From Callorhinchus milii (taxonomy: Eukaryota): 64,000 nucleotides of DNA. The position numbers and the translations under genes were made by a program. Shown here piece by piece: positions 39,041 through 50,628 of this stretch. The stretch covers positions 5,086,001 through 5,150,000 of the forward strand of contig NW_024704742.1 of the NCBI RefSeq assembly GCF_018977255.1, read 5' to 3'. A model generated the notes under the pieces. The model was not told the DNA's origin and searched no databases. It worked only from the letters and a program-made list of their open reading frames with translations. Every line of letters starts with the position of its first letter. Position 1 is the first letter of the stretch.

Positions 39041-39417
39041 GAGTCCTGTAGCTCAGTGGTTTGAGCACTCGCCTCGCAAGCGAGAAGACCTGGGTTCGAT
39101 TCCCGGCAGGGAGAAACTTTGGACAAGTTTCCTTACTCCACACGCCCTCTGTTTACCTAGAAGTAAGTAGGAACCCGGTTGTTAGTCGATTGGTGGATCG
39201 CTTTTCCGGGGGTAATAATTCCTTCAAAACAAAATTGGTCACTGAATCCACGACCGTTTGTGGTAATTGGCTGTGTGCAATTGGCTGCCGCGTTTTGCCC
39301 ACAAAATATACAGTCAATTCACTTTACAGTATATTGTGTGAAGCTCTTTGAGACGCCTCGAAGACGTGATAAGGCGCCATATCAGATGCAAGGATTATTA
39401 TTATTATTATTATTATT
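39041..39417 (+). mobile_element. Young tRNA-derived SINE, full length, long subfamily (used as reference copy)
   Basis: tRNA-Ala-like head with A box TAGCTCAGTGG and B box GGTTCGATTCC, central body, LINE-like tail AAGCTCTTTGAGACG...AAGGCGCCATATCAGATGCAAGG, ending in (ATT)n. About 30 related copies or fragments in the window. Confidence 0.93.
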
Positions 39418-40479
39418 CGTAAACTCAGATCTCAGATTAATAGACAACCCAGCATTCCTCTGAAGGCAAATATGAGTAAAACATTTTGTAACTCAACCTC
39501 TACTTGCAAATTACACAATGACTAACTTCAGTGGGGGAGGGGTAAACCTTAGGTATGTTGCAGCCTGCAGATCAGAAAACTCATTTGCTGCCTTTTATAT
39601 CCATAGTAAATGGAGTTATTTGAGCTCCCACACCTGTAAGTTAAACTCCTACTCCTCATAGACTGAAAATCACAGCAGCCTTGCATTCCAAACATTACTG
39701 TACTCACAGCTATAGATAGTTCTGTCATGCAAACCTGGCCTTCAGAGAGAGACAACATTTTTTTTGAATCTTTGGCCATAACAGTGCAGTTAAAGGAAGA
39801 CCTTTTCATTTAATTACCTGCCACGCGTAAGTTACTAAGGTGGCCAAAGAAGGAACATCGGTGGCAAAATCTTTTTCAAAACAGTATCAGATTAATTGTG
39901 CAGGCTTCAAATCAAGACCTGAGAATCATAGGAACATAGGAACAGGAGTAGGCCATTCAGCCCTTTGAGCCTGTTCCGCCATTTAATCAGATCGTGGCTG
40001 ACCCTAACCCTAATGCATGAAAAGAAACTGTGCAGTTCGGATGGCCTGAGCTCTCGTGTTCGCAGCGCGTGTTGCGGAAGTTCTGAAGGCTGAAAGTATG
40101 TAGAACGAACGTGTGGGAGAAGAGAACGCACTCCGAGTTGAAACATTTTTCATTTTCTTTTCTCTCTTTGCCAAGTCTCCTCCCCACTCCCCACAAAGCC
40201 CAGCTGTTCAAGAGTTCCCTCACTTTATTGCTTCAGAAATCTCACAGATGGGGAGTTAGAAGCAGCAGGTGATCTCTCAGAAATCTCCAACGCTGCTCTG
40301 TCGGGAAGCAGCTGAACTAATAATGCATGATAGCCGTTCAGTGGCTAGAAATAACTTGAATTTTCAGCAACTATTTTGTTAAACTTTCACATATGAGGCT
40401 TACAAAGATTATATTGTTTAAACAAATCAGCTATCGCTGCCAGATCTCACACTGTCTTAGGAGGTGATGATAACTGGGA

Positions 40480-40770
40480 AGGATTCTGCCAGTGTACAGG
40501 TATCAGTGGGTTCTGCTGATGTAGAGAGATTAGTAAATTCTGCTGGTGTACAGGTGGATGCCTACAAAATACAGAGTCGCTAAACTCTGCAGTAAAATTC
40601 AATGAGACCGTTTTGAGATACTTTGATGGCATAAGGCGCTATATTAATTATTATTAATGGCATGTGCCGGCTTGCAGCAATTGGCCTGCTGTTGTAGTGC
40701 TGATCAGTGAGTTCTGTAGTTGTGTACTTATCAGTGAATTCTTCTTGTATATAGAGATTAGTGTGATATT
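40480..40770. repeat. Degenerate minisatellite, ~27-bp unit (TTCTGCTGGTGTACAGAGATCAGTGAA-like)
   Basis: Periodic ttctgc..gtgta motifs; 9-aa periodicity in ORF 40447..40632. Confidence 0.65.
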
Positions 40771-40885
40771 ATAATAATAATCCTTGCATTTGATATAACG
40801 CCTTATCACATCCTCGAGATGTCTCGAAGTGCTTCACGGTGAATTAACTATAAAGTGAATTGACTGTATAATTTGCGGGTGAAGG
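40770..40885 (-). mobile_element. Young SINE, 3' fragment
   Basis: Family tail sequence. Confidence 0.83.
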
Positions 40886-40894
40886 ACAGAACCT

Positions 40895-41030
40895 CCAACA
40901 ATGCACACCCTGCCCCCAGCACTGCACTGAAGTGTCAGTTTAGTTTAGACAATGTGATTCCAAGTCCCGATGAACCCACAATCTTCTGACTCAGAGGCGA
41001 GAGTGCTACCACTGAGCCAGGCTGACACTG
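40895..41030 (-). mobile_element. Older SINE, tRNA-derived 5' part
   Basis: aacccacaatcttctgactcagaggcgagagtgctaccactgagcca. Confidence 0.7.
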
Positions 41031-41084
41031 CTAAGTTTTCCCAGTGTTGACTTTGTACAGTTTTCCTGCTACCGCCAGCAGGTA

Positions 41085-41478
41085 AATAATAATAATGATA
41101 ATAATCCTTGCATTTGATATAGCACCTCATCACGTTCTCACGACGTCTCAAATCGATTCAAGGAATATACCATAAAGTGAATTGACTGTATTTTTTGTGG
41201 GCGAAACGCGGCAGCCAATTGCGCACAGCAGCGTCCCACAAACAGTCGTGGATTTAATGATTAAATTATTATTAGTAGTAGTTTTTTTTCGAAGGGTTTA
41301 TTACCCCCAGAAAAGCGATCTGCCAATCGACTAACAACCGGGTTCCTACTTACTGCTAGGTAAACAGAGAGGTGTGGAGTAAGGAAACTTGCCCGACATT
41401 TCGCCCTGCCCGGGAATTGAACCCGGGTCCTCTCGCTTGCGAGGCGAGCTCTCTAATCGCTAAGCTATGGGACTCCAC
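41085..41478 (-). mobile_element. Young tRNA-derived SINE, full length, long subfamily
   Basis: Reverse complement aligns by eye end to end with 39041-39417. Confidence 0.92.
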
Positions 41479-43081
41479 AGGTCTACTTCCTGATTAATTT
41501 CTCAAACAGAGAAAGATCCCAATCAGCACATTTCCTAGGGATACTGGCCAACATAAGATGAGGATTAGCTGCTTGGAGAGAAAATGAACTGAAAAGTCAA
41601 ATCTCTCCTCAAAAGATAGGAAGCATCTTTCAAATGTTTTTAGTCTCACTGTAGGGAAGGAAGTACTGAATTAGCTTCTTTTCATCAAAGTAGCCCCCCC
41701 CCCCCACCCTCCTCACAATTACTACAATATCTACTTTAAATTGCACCAATGCATCGCCTTGCTCTAAACTGGGTCAGTCAGAGGAGATCATTTCGTATCC
41801 AATTTGCAACCACATACTTCTGGATTATATAGTCGGGACAAAGCAGTTTGATTAGGGTTGGTCGTAACAGGAGCTCTCTTACTGAAAGTCTGAGTCAGTC
41901 CATAGGACTTAGAACATCAGCAAAGGAAGCAGTTGTTAGATCTGGGAAAGGATAACATTTTTTTTTAACGGTGATTAAGTTTTACTTCTTCATCTGGTTA
42001 TAATATTATTTTGGTACTGTGATCGAGTAAGACGCTTAAAGATGCAATAAATCCAATCTGTCTTTGGCAAAAATGCATCACAAACAACAATTTACATTTA
42101 TACAGTGCTTTTCGCTTAAAGGATACGTCTCGAAGTGCTTTATAGAATGAGATTAATTAGTAATGAAGTGAACATTGTTCTGAGTGCGCGTTGGGTTATT
42201 GCTGGGAGTTTAACCAGCAGTAATTTGCCATTGAGAATGCTATCTGACAAGTTGCTTGTCCAGCTAGGACGCATTAGGGGTTTGGCTTACAGGGTTAACA
42301 ACTACCTTAGAGAAAATAACTGCCCCCACTGAATGATTGGCCTCTTAATGTTTTGAGCCGTGGCCAAGGCTTGCTGCTGTCATTAACAGTGACTTGCAGC
42401 TGGAACAATATTACTATTGAATCTTGTAATGGCGTCATAACACAGCAGCTAATTTGCAACGGCAACATCAAGTAAACAACAGAGATAAATAGTCAATTCA
42501 TTTAAAGGTTTGGAGTGAGTTTGGATGAGACAGAACAACAGGAGACAGCTTCCTGCAGAATTGTGTCAGAACACAGATACTGCTTTTATCGGAAGAAAAG
42601 TCACNTTTTTTTTAAAACGTTCTCACAACTACAGCGCATTATTTAATATAATAAAACGCCCTATTAAAGGGTCATCGGTATTTCAGTATCGAATGTCGCA
42701 AAGTTAAATTTGATGGAAGTACACGGCAGTAGGCAAATGGCTAGAGAATGCAAGACTTGGAAGACATTTTATTAAATGCAGAAAAGATTGGCTGGACAAT
42801 ATTTAATTTCCAGCAGCAATTCATTTTTATTACTTCCTCTGCCAATTGAAAATAATATTCACTCTCGAATCCATTATCCTGTTCAGAAACATAACAATTA
42901 CCAATTTATTGTGCTGGAGCGGCTGAGGACGGTCAATTTTTCCCAGATGATTTGTCACACTGCTTACTCGCTGAGGCTGCAACACAGAGAGTTCTACTGG
43001 AGCGGTTACCTCACCGCGTGCAACTGCAGTGCTTGACACCAATGCTCAGGATAAGCTTCTGTCACAGCAAAATGTGCCAGA

Positions 43082-43168
43082 AACAGCACACCTGCTAAAC
43101 ACACGGCAACAACACACCTGCGAAAACACCCGCCGACAACACCTGCTAAATGCACGCCAACACACCTG
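43082..43168. repeat. Degenerate minisatellite, ~23-25 bp unit (ACACCTGCTAAACACACG(C)CAAC-like); further units at about 43370-43440 and 43980-44045
   Basis: Four consecutive units each containing CACCTG. Confidence 0.75.
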
Positions 43169-43350
43169 TAAGCTCAGTGGTTAGAGCACTTGCTTCGCAA
43201 GCGAGAGGACCTGGGTTCGATTCCCGGCCAGGGCGAAATGTTGGGCAAGTTTCCTTATTCCACACGCCTCTGTTTGCCTCGCAGTAAGTAGGAACCCGGT
43301 TGTTAGTCGATTGGCGGGATCGCTTTTCTGGGGGTAATAAGCCCTTCAAA
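43166..43350 (+). mobile_element. Young SINE, 5' half, inserted in a minisatellite
   Basis: gctcagtggttagagcacttgcttcgcaagcgagaggacctgggttcgattccc... head and body. Confidence 0.87.
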
Positions 43351-43442
43351 ATCCACTTGCTAAATCCGTGCCAATCCTCCTGATAAATAACGGCCAATAT
43401 ACCTGATATAAATACATGCCAACTCAAATACACCTGAGGAAT

Positions 43443-43980
43443 ACAACAACAACTTGCGCTTTTATAGCGCCCTCCAAGCAGGGTAGCATCTCAGAGCACT
43501 TAACAGTGGTGGAGCCTGACTCCGAGCCTTTGGGGAGGTAACCGTAAACACAGTCAAAGAGGAAAGTCTTCAGACAGGACTTGAAAAAGGGGATCTAGGG
43601 GCAAGGCAAAGGGATTGAGGGAGAGCGTTCCAGAGTTGGGGCGCAGTGGCTGTAAGTGCGACCTCCGATGGTGGGGCAGAGGGTGCGAGGGATGAGCAGG
43701 AGGCGGTGCCAGTCGAGCGGAGGCGCCGGGCGGTGGATCGGGGAGTGAGGAGGTCGGAGAGGTAAAGGAGGTGCCAGAGAGTGAAGGGATTTGAACACGA
43801 CAGCGAGGATATTGAAGTCGATCAGTTCGGTGATGGGGAGCCGGTGGAGCCTGGGCCAGAACTGGTGAGATGTGGGGACGGAGTTTGGTCCGGGGCCAGT
43901 ATGCGGGCGGCAGAGTTTTGAATGATCTTTTGAATACTGGAGCTGGGGAGACCGGCGAGGAGTGCGTTTGAGTAATCCGA
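43443..43980 (-). mobile_element. L2-clade LINE 3' fragment
   Basis: DYSNALLAGLP...IQNSAARIL...IDFNILAVVFKSLHSLAP...TIGGRTYSHCAP. Confidence 0.9.
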
Positions 43981-44649
43981 AATACATGCCAAAATATCTA
44001 ACGAGTACACAACAACACACTTGATAAGCACGTGCCACCAACAAGCAGACGTCAATGCTCTGAGTAGAGGTGGAGAACAAATTGCAAGGGCAAAAATAAA
44101 TTAATGACCAAAATAAATTGCACAACTAATTTAAATGCAAATTGGAGGAAACCTAAGTATAGCATCTCCCATTAGATCAAACGAAGCAACAGCCTCCGTG
44201 GTCCAAGCTACCAGGGACTGGAATAACAGGTTCCAATGAATAGACATTTCTAACGTAAATTGCCGAAACTTCTCAAGAAAGTCCCATGAGCAAATCGAGT
44301 TGGGAGTTTGCATCTAAATCTGATGTTACATACATGTCACAATGATTTGATAAAATCTTGACACCACAAAATACCTCAATTAGACATTTGTCTTTCTGCC
44401 AGTCAAAAGTCCGTGATTGGAAAAGCAGAAAGGTCAACTTCTCTACATCGGAAGGGAAGTTGCTTTTTACAGTGGGAGAGGCAGCTCTGTTTACAGGAAA
44501 AGCGCATTGATTTCTTATCTCAGAAATATTGATGTTGCATCTCATTACTTTTTAACCTTTTGGTATCTTGTGATTATTATATAATTGGAATCAGCATCAA
44601 TGGGTGTCCAATTCTGTAACTGTTTCACCTCCTGTTTTCAGCTGCCTCT

Positions 44650-45143
44650 GCCCTTCCGTCTACTACTCCCCTCCCCTACCCATCCCTCCCTCCACACCTT
44701 CGAACCTGTCTCCCACTCCTCTCTCATCACCACTATAACCCGCATGAAACCGACCACCTGCTCCCTCGACGCCATCCCCACCTCTCTCCTTACCTCCCAG
44801 CTCCACCTCCTTGCCCCTCTACTCACAGGCATCATAAACCTCTCCCTGCCTACTTCACGTCCCCCGCCTCACTTGCCCCACCATTGGCGGGCGGGCCTTC
44901 AGCCACTCTGCCCCCACCCTCTGGAATTCCATCCCGCAGTCCTTCCACCTCGCCCCCTACCTCGCCTCCTTCAAGATCCGTCTCAAGTCCCTCCTCTTCG
45001 TTCACCTTGCTTTCCCCCCTGCCCTCCACCCTCCCCGATCCCGACCCCCAGCTCGGTTCCGAAACACTGACTGTCCAACGCCTTGGGACGTCCTCCCGAC
45101 GTGAAAGGTGCTATACACATGTGATTTGGTTGTTGTTGTTGTT
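44650..45143 (+). mobile_element. L2-clade LINE: internal ORF2 piece fused to a 3' end
   Basis: ITRMKPTTCSLDAIPTSLL...LAPLLTGIINLSL (pre-RT region) joined directly to the 3' terminal region and tail. Confidence 0.86.
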
Positions 45144-45379
45144 TTGTTCATTTCTGAAGAACATAATCTGCCTGTCAGTGAAGACAGCTGCCTGTTATAG
45201 GGATTGCAGGTTCATCACTTACACAGGGCAGCTGTCTCCAATGACTGTTGAACACATTTCTTACAAACAAGAAAGAAAACCTCCCCGGACTTTTCTTCAG
45301 ATTTACTGAACCTGTGCACAAACTAGGTGTTAGGTTCAATCCCTAGCAATCCTTCCTATCCCACATACAGTTCTTGGCC

Positions 45380-45850
45380 AGGGGTGTTTTGTTCCACCTC
45401 CGCGACATCCCCCTTCCTCCGACTGTACACCAAAAGCTTCCTTTTCCACACATTCGTCACCTCCCACCTCGATTTTTCCAATGCCCCCCTCCCCGGGTCT
45501 CTCCAGCTCGAGCATTCACAAAGTCTAATTAGTTAAAAACTCCGCGATTCATTTTCTTACCCACACAAAATTCTGCACCCCACCACCCCAGTCCTTGCCA
45601 GGCTACATTGGCTCCCTGTTGCAGACTGATCGAGCCACTATGCCTCGAAATTCTGGAACTCCATGCCCCGATCCCTTACCCCTCTTTACCTGTCTTCAGA
45701 TAACACCTGAACACTTTCCCTTTTGACCGTGCATACAGTCACCTCCTCTTTCTCCTCGGCTTGGGGTCAAACTACACCACTGTTTAGAATTGCGAGATGC
45801 TAACTCACGTGAAGGGCTATATACGAATGAAAATAATTTTTGTTGTCATT
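45380..45850 (+). mobile_element. L2-clade LINE 3' fragment, degraded
   Basis: FHTFVTSHLDFSNAPLPG frame plus tail. Confidence 0.75.
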
Positions 45851-46349
45851 TCCCATTCAATGAAAAAGAAACACAATATTGTAATGTGCACAATATTTCA
45901 TTTAGACATCTCAACTGTTGGATAACGGTTCACCTTGTAAAATTGTAAAGCTCTGAGCTTTCATGTGCAAGTGTTGAAGACCTAGGCCTTCACATTGGGA
46001 GGATTGACTATTCTTATCTCCCTGTAGAAGAGCTAGTGGAAAGGAAACAGCCTGGTGTAAGGCGAAAAACAACAAAGGAATTAGTGTCAGGTCACGTCCC
46101 ACACACTTTCTGCACAAGTCAAATAAGTGTCACAAGTGATCTGTTAGCCATCAATCCAGACTGAAGATAGAGCATATTTGGAGCGAAAACCTACATCATC
46201 TGCAATAACACTTTACTGAACTGTGTGAGCTCCCAGAGAGTGAATGGTGTACTGAGCGCTTGGGAGTGCCTGGTAGATTGAAATTAGTCAACATCACATA
46301 CACTCCTAAATAAAGTCCGTCATTGTATTCCATAAGTATTGATTTTAGT

Positions 46350-46466
46350 CAGCGCCTTGGCACATCCTCCCGATGTGAAAGGCGCTATACAAATGTAATA
46401 TTGTATTTAATACAAAATTACATTTGTAAAGCGCCTTTCACGTTGGGAGCATGCCCCAAGGTGCTG
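46350..46466. repeat. Inverted repeat, 58 bp + 1 + 58 bp, made of two tail-to-tail L2 3' ends
   Basis: Arms match at 50 of 58 positions by hand count. Confidence 0.92.
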
Positions 46467-46544
46467 AACAGCCATGTCTGTTTCCCTCTCTAGTCTTCCC
46501 AACGTAAGCCTCCACAAGCTCCAATTTTTCCCAAACTCTGCAGC

Positions 46545-46865
46545 CTGGTACTGTCTCCCTATCACTCATACTCACCAGGCACCACTGGTTACCAGTGACA
46601 CAGCAGATTATTTCCTTTAAAATCCTCGTTGTGACCTTCACAACCTTTCCTTAACTTTGCAATCTACTCCAGCCCTACACTCCTCTCCACACCTTCTTCT
46701 GAGCTATGCACGTTCCTCATTCCATTCCGAATTTCACCATCGCTGGATGAGGACTGTGCCTCAGGTCTATGGAACTCTCCCAAAATTCTTCCACCTTTCA
46801 CCTCTTCTTCCCGCCTTTACAATCTCTGAAAAACTTCTTCTTTGACTGTGGCTTTGGGTAACTGT
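46545..46865 (+). mobile_element. L2-clade LINE 3' fragment, old
   Basis: cactggttaccagt...tttaaaatcctcgttgtgaccttc...ctatggaactctccc. Confidence 0.6.
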
Positions 46866-47269
46866 GAGTTTGTGAACACATACCCATACAGCCAGGGCTT
46901 CACACGCAGAGTGGTAAGTGGTTGGTAAGCACGGTTCTGAACCAGACAACCTGTGCCTAATACTCTCCATAATTAGGTAAACAGGTTGCGTCCCTTCAGG
47001 GAGAGAGCGCACAGGGAAATGTCCATGCATAGATGGCATTTATATGTGAACTCTACCTGGTTTGGATGCTCTTAAGTATGGTGATGCGTTTGCACGTGTG
47101 TAAGATACCATGCTCACCATATAAAAGCTGAACTCAACCTGTTCATTACCTAAAGCATACATAATACACATTTTTGCCTCCTAACCTGAAGGACAAGGGA
47201 AGCTGCACCATCTGAGATATGCTAATCACACCAAAATGTGAACCCTATCTGAATGCCTTCGTGCTAGTG

Positions 47270-47583
47270 GGAGTCCTATAGTTCAGTGGTCAGAGCACTC
47301 GCTTTGCAAGCGAGAGACCTGGGTTCGATTCCCGGCAGGGTGAAACCTTGGGCAAGTCTCCTTACTCCACACGGCTGATAATAATCCCTCAAAAAAAAAC
47401 AATAATAAATTGGTCACTTCAATCCACGAACATTTGTGGGACACTGCTGTGCGCAATTGGCTACCGCATTTCGCCCACAAATATACAGTCAATTCACTTT
47501 ACAGTCTATTCTGTCAAGCGCTTTGAGACGTTTAGAAGACGTGAAAATCGCTATATCAAATGCTATGGTTATTATTATTATTA
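47270..47583 (+). mobile_element. Young SINE, full length, short subfamily
   Basis: Head, short body without the central segment, tail and (ATT)n. Confidence 0.9.
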
Positions 47584-48541
47584 CTAAACCTGCAAATGCC
47601 AACAAACAGTGAAAAACCTTCTACTGCATTTTCAAATTTGCTAGACAAAATTTTTTTGCAAATGGAGTGCAAGCTTGTCTCAAGGGAAGAGAAACACAAG
47701 TTGCAATAAATCCTCAGAAGGAAGCACTCCGTAGCTGAGAAACAACAAACAAAACATCTGAGTAACAAGGCGGAAAATTGAACCCTCAAAGAACAATAAC
47801 TAAGAATTTCATTGCGGCTTTCACGGCCAAGATTTTTTTGGTCAGCCAAATGTCTAACATCTGTGGAAACCCATCATCATGCTTAAGACTATCCAAACCA
47901 GACTGAGATTTCCACTTACATACGCCAACTACACACAAAATATCCGTGTCTTGAATGGAATGTGCATTCTCTCTCCGGAGGGACATAACTGCTTACTTAG
48001 CGCAGGATGGCAAGAGCCAAGGCTTCTGGATCCCAGAATTTGTGTAGGTCAAAAGGAGGCCAAATGCATACAGATATCACTTTGCCAACAATAATTAATC
48101 TCTAGATTATTTCTCTTTCTTCTTATACAATTAATCTGCCACCCTCTGAAGTCTTACACAAGACCGAGATTTTGTGAATTGAACTTCTTGATCGATAGAT
48201 GACTGCTCAACACTTGAGGTGAGATGAAGAAAATATTTACAGTATTTGATTAATGCTGTTGTCCAGAAATGTCCATGTGTTTGTGGAACTCTTAATAGTT
48301 TGGTTACTTCAAAGTATGGTGATGGGTTTCCATGAGTATCAGCCACTTGGCTGTTCAAAAGAATTGATGATTAGTACCCTCAAACAACATGATCAGTTGG
48401 TATAGTCGTAATCTCATTATTCCATCTTTCGCCATATGCAGTGAGAGCCTTGCAGGAGAAAATTATCCAATGCTTTCAACGTTTACATTGAATGTCTGAC
48501 TGCCACTTCATACAGTTCCCTGTTGTTTCAGCCAAACTGTT

Positions 48542-48950
48542 ATAATAATAATCCTTGCATTTGATATAGCGCCTTATCACATCTTCGAGACATCTCAAAG
48601 CGCTTCACAGAATATACTGTGAAGTGAGTTGCGTGTATATTTTGTGGGTGAAACGTGGCAGCCAATTGTACACAGCAGCGTCCAACAAACAGTCATGGAT
48701 TGAGTGACCCATTTTTTATTTATTATTGTCAGATCTGTAACACAAAAAGTAGAAACCTGATTGTTAGTCGATTGGCATATCGCTTTTTGGAGGTAATAAT
48801 TCCTTCAAAAAAATAAATAATAATAGCAAATTGCCTATTGCTCGGTAAACAGAGGCGTGCTGAGTAAGGAAACTTGCTCAACATTTCTGCTAGGAATCGA
48901 ACCTGGGTCTCTCGCTTGCAAGTCCTCTAACCACTGAGCTACAGGACCCC
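48542..48950 (-). mobile_element. Young SINE, full length; followed by an opposite-strand tail fragment at about 48975-49043
   Basis: Aligns with the family consensus seen in the other copies. Confidence 0.88.
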
Positions 48951-50479
48951 AAGATAGGATCTTGTTGAACCTATTGTCTAGAAGACGTGAAAAGCGCTAT
49001 ATAAAATGCAAGGATTATTATTATTATCATTATTATTATTATTGTGCATCAGACCAGTCATTAAGATAAGAAGTTGGTGCGCTCTTGTGCACTGGAGCCT
49101 CGATTATCAGTGAATTTCAATTCTCAATTCTATTGCGGTGGAAAAATCAAGGTTTTGCTCTACATTCGTGCAGCTGAGTTACATTAGTCCAAAATTGTTC
49201 GGGGAGTTCTCCAGAGAAAACTTCTGAAATCAAGCTGTTAAACTGGAATAACTGCCCTTTGCTGATGTGAACGTGAAAGAGAATGAAAGAGAAATAAGAA
49301 CATCCATACTGGAAAACCACAATCAACACCAGAAAGAGGAAAAACTGGTTTACATTTTGGACTTGAAAGGTCAGGTCAAAACCATTTCTCTTTCTCTTTA
49401 TGGGATGCTATTGAACGGCTGCGGATTTCCGGCGAGTCTGTTTTTATTTCATATTTTCCGACATCTGTGTTTTTCTTATGAATTGAATTACACACACACA
49501 CAACACCACACACACACAGGTTCCAAGATAAAGAAACCAGATCAATAACCGACACGTTTTAAAGTCGGGTAATAAAACCACCATGCAGCTTTTACATTGT
49601 CAATATAGCCTCAGAGTTAATCAAAACAAGCTCCTGAAGATACTCTGGAGTTCTCAGGCATTATTTCCAACTACGTCGACATGCTTTGGAAGTTATTTGT
49701 ACGTGGAAAAGACACAGAATATCCTCCTTGGGGAGGTAAGACAAGCCTGGTAATAGAGTGTTGGAATCGAACCCCCACCCCCTGCCCACCCCTCTGTGAG
49801 TGTGATCTCCAGTCGGGTTTCTGAGCCAGATGGGTCTGCAGTATTCCAGGGCACTGCTGATGACAGCACAGCACAGCCTGGCTCATCGGCAGGACCAGGA
49901 AGGGCAGACCAGTCGCTGGGGGCAGGGAGTCCTCCCACTCAGCTCCTGTTAACCCTGCAAGCCAAAGCCCTATGATACAGACGGGAGATCCCTTGTTGTC
50001 CTGACCTGGAGAACCCTCGATAATTTCCGGAGCTTCAGTTGCTTTTCTAGCAATGCCCACGTCTTTTCTTTGTCTGCCGTTCCCTTGCCCCTTCACTGTT
50101 TTACGATTTCTTTGAATACCTTTCCAATTTACCTACGTTTCTAGTCGAAATAACCATCGAGCGAATCACCACATGGGTCCAGCAAACAGTTAACTTAAAA
50201 CGAGTTATACGAAACTACAGATAGTGCACAGAACTGACAGGTTCGTGAACTGTAGCAGTCGGAACATGTACCATTAAGAATGAATCCTGAGGCAGGCTGA
50301 TGGCATGGTGCACTCAGGTGATTTACCACAAAATGATAGGGCACAGCTCACCACACTGAAAATTCGCAAGCGGTTTGAACAGATAGGTAGAGCAGATGTT
50401 AGATGGGTGCGTCATCACGAGGAGGGAAGAGTGGGAAGCTACTTTTACTCTTCCACGTCACAACCAGCTGCCCGCGATT

Positions 50480-50628
50480 GCTGTACGCAATTGGCTGCTG
50501 CGTTACAAAATATACAATCAATTCACTTTAAGGTGTATTCTGTGAAGCGTTGTGTGACATCTCAGCCGTGATAAGGCGCTGTATCAAATGCAAGGATTAT
50601 TATTATTATCTATTATTATTATTATTAT
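50480..50628 (+). mobile_element. Young SINE, 3' fragment
   Basis: Family tail with (ATT)n. Confidence 0.85.

Noticed and set aside
39043..39114. Apparent tRNA-Ala genes (also at 17730-17800, 27952, 41400-41478, 43166, 47270, 52340-52415)
   Set aside because: Each runs directly into the SINE body; these are SINE heads, not tRNA genes.
39179..39463. Recurring peptides such as [19 protein letters not shown] and [19 protein letters not shown] in many ORFs
   Set aside because: Translations of the non-coding SINE tail, not a protein family.
40447..40632. ORF with a 9-aa repeat (HQQNPLI)
   Set aside because: Translation of a 27-bp minisatellite.
43082..43168. Short spaced repeats as a possible CRISPR-like array
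   Set aside because: Units are contiguous and degenerate with no unique spacers, there are no cas genes, and the context is a vertebrate intron.
49671..50096. 141-aa minus-strand ORF in unique, GC-richer sequence
   Set aside because: Non-ATG start, no recognisable protein family, and no convincing acceptor/donor pair; the SHB exons on either side already join in frame. The region could still be regulatory.
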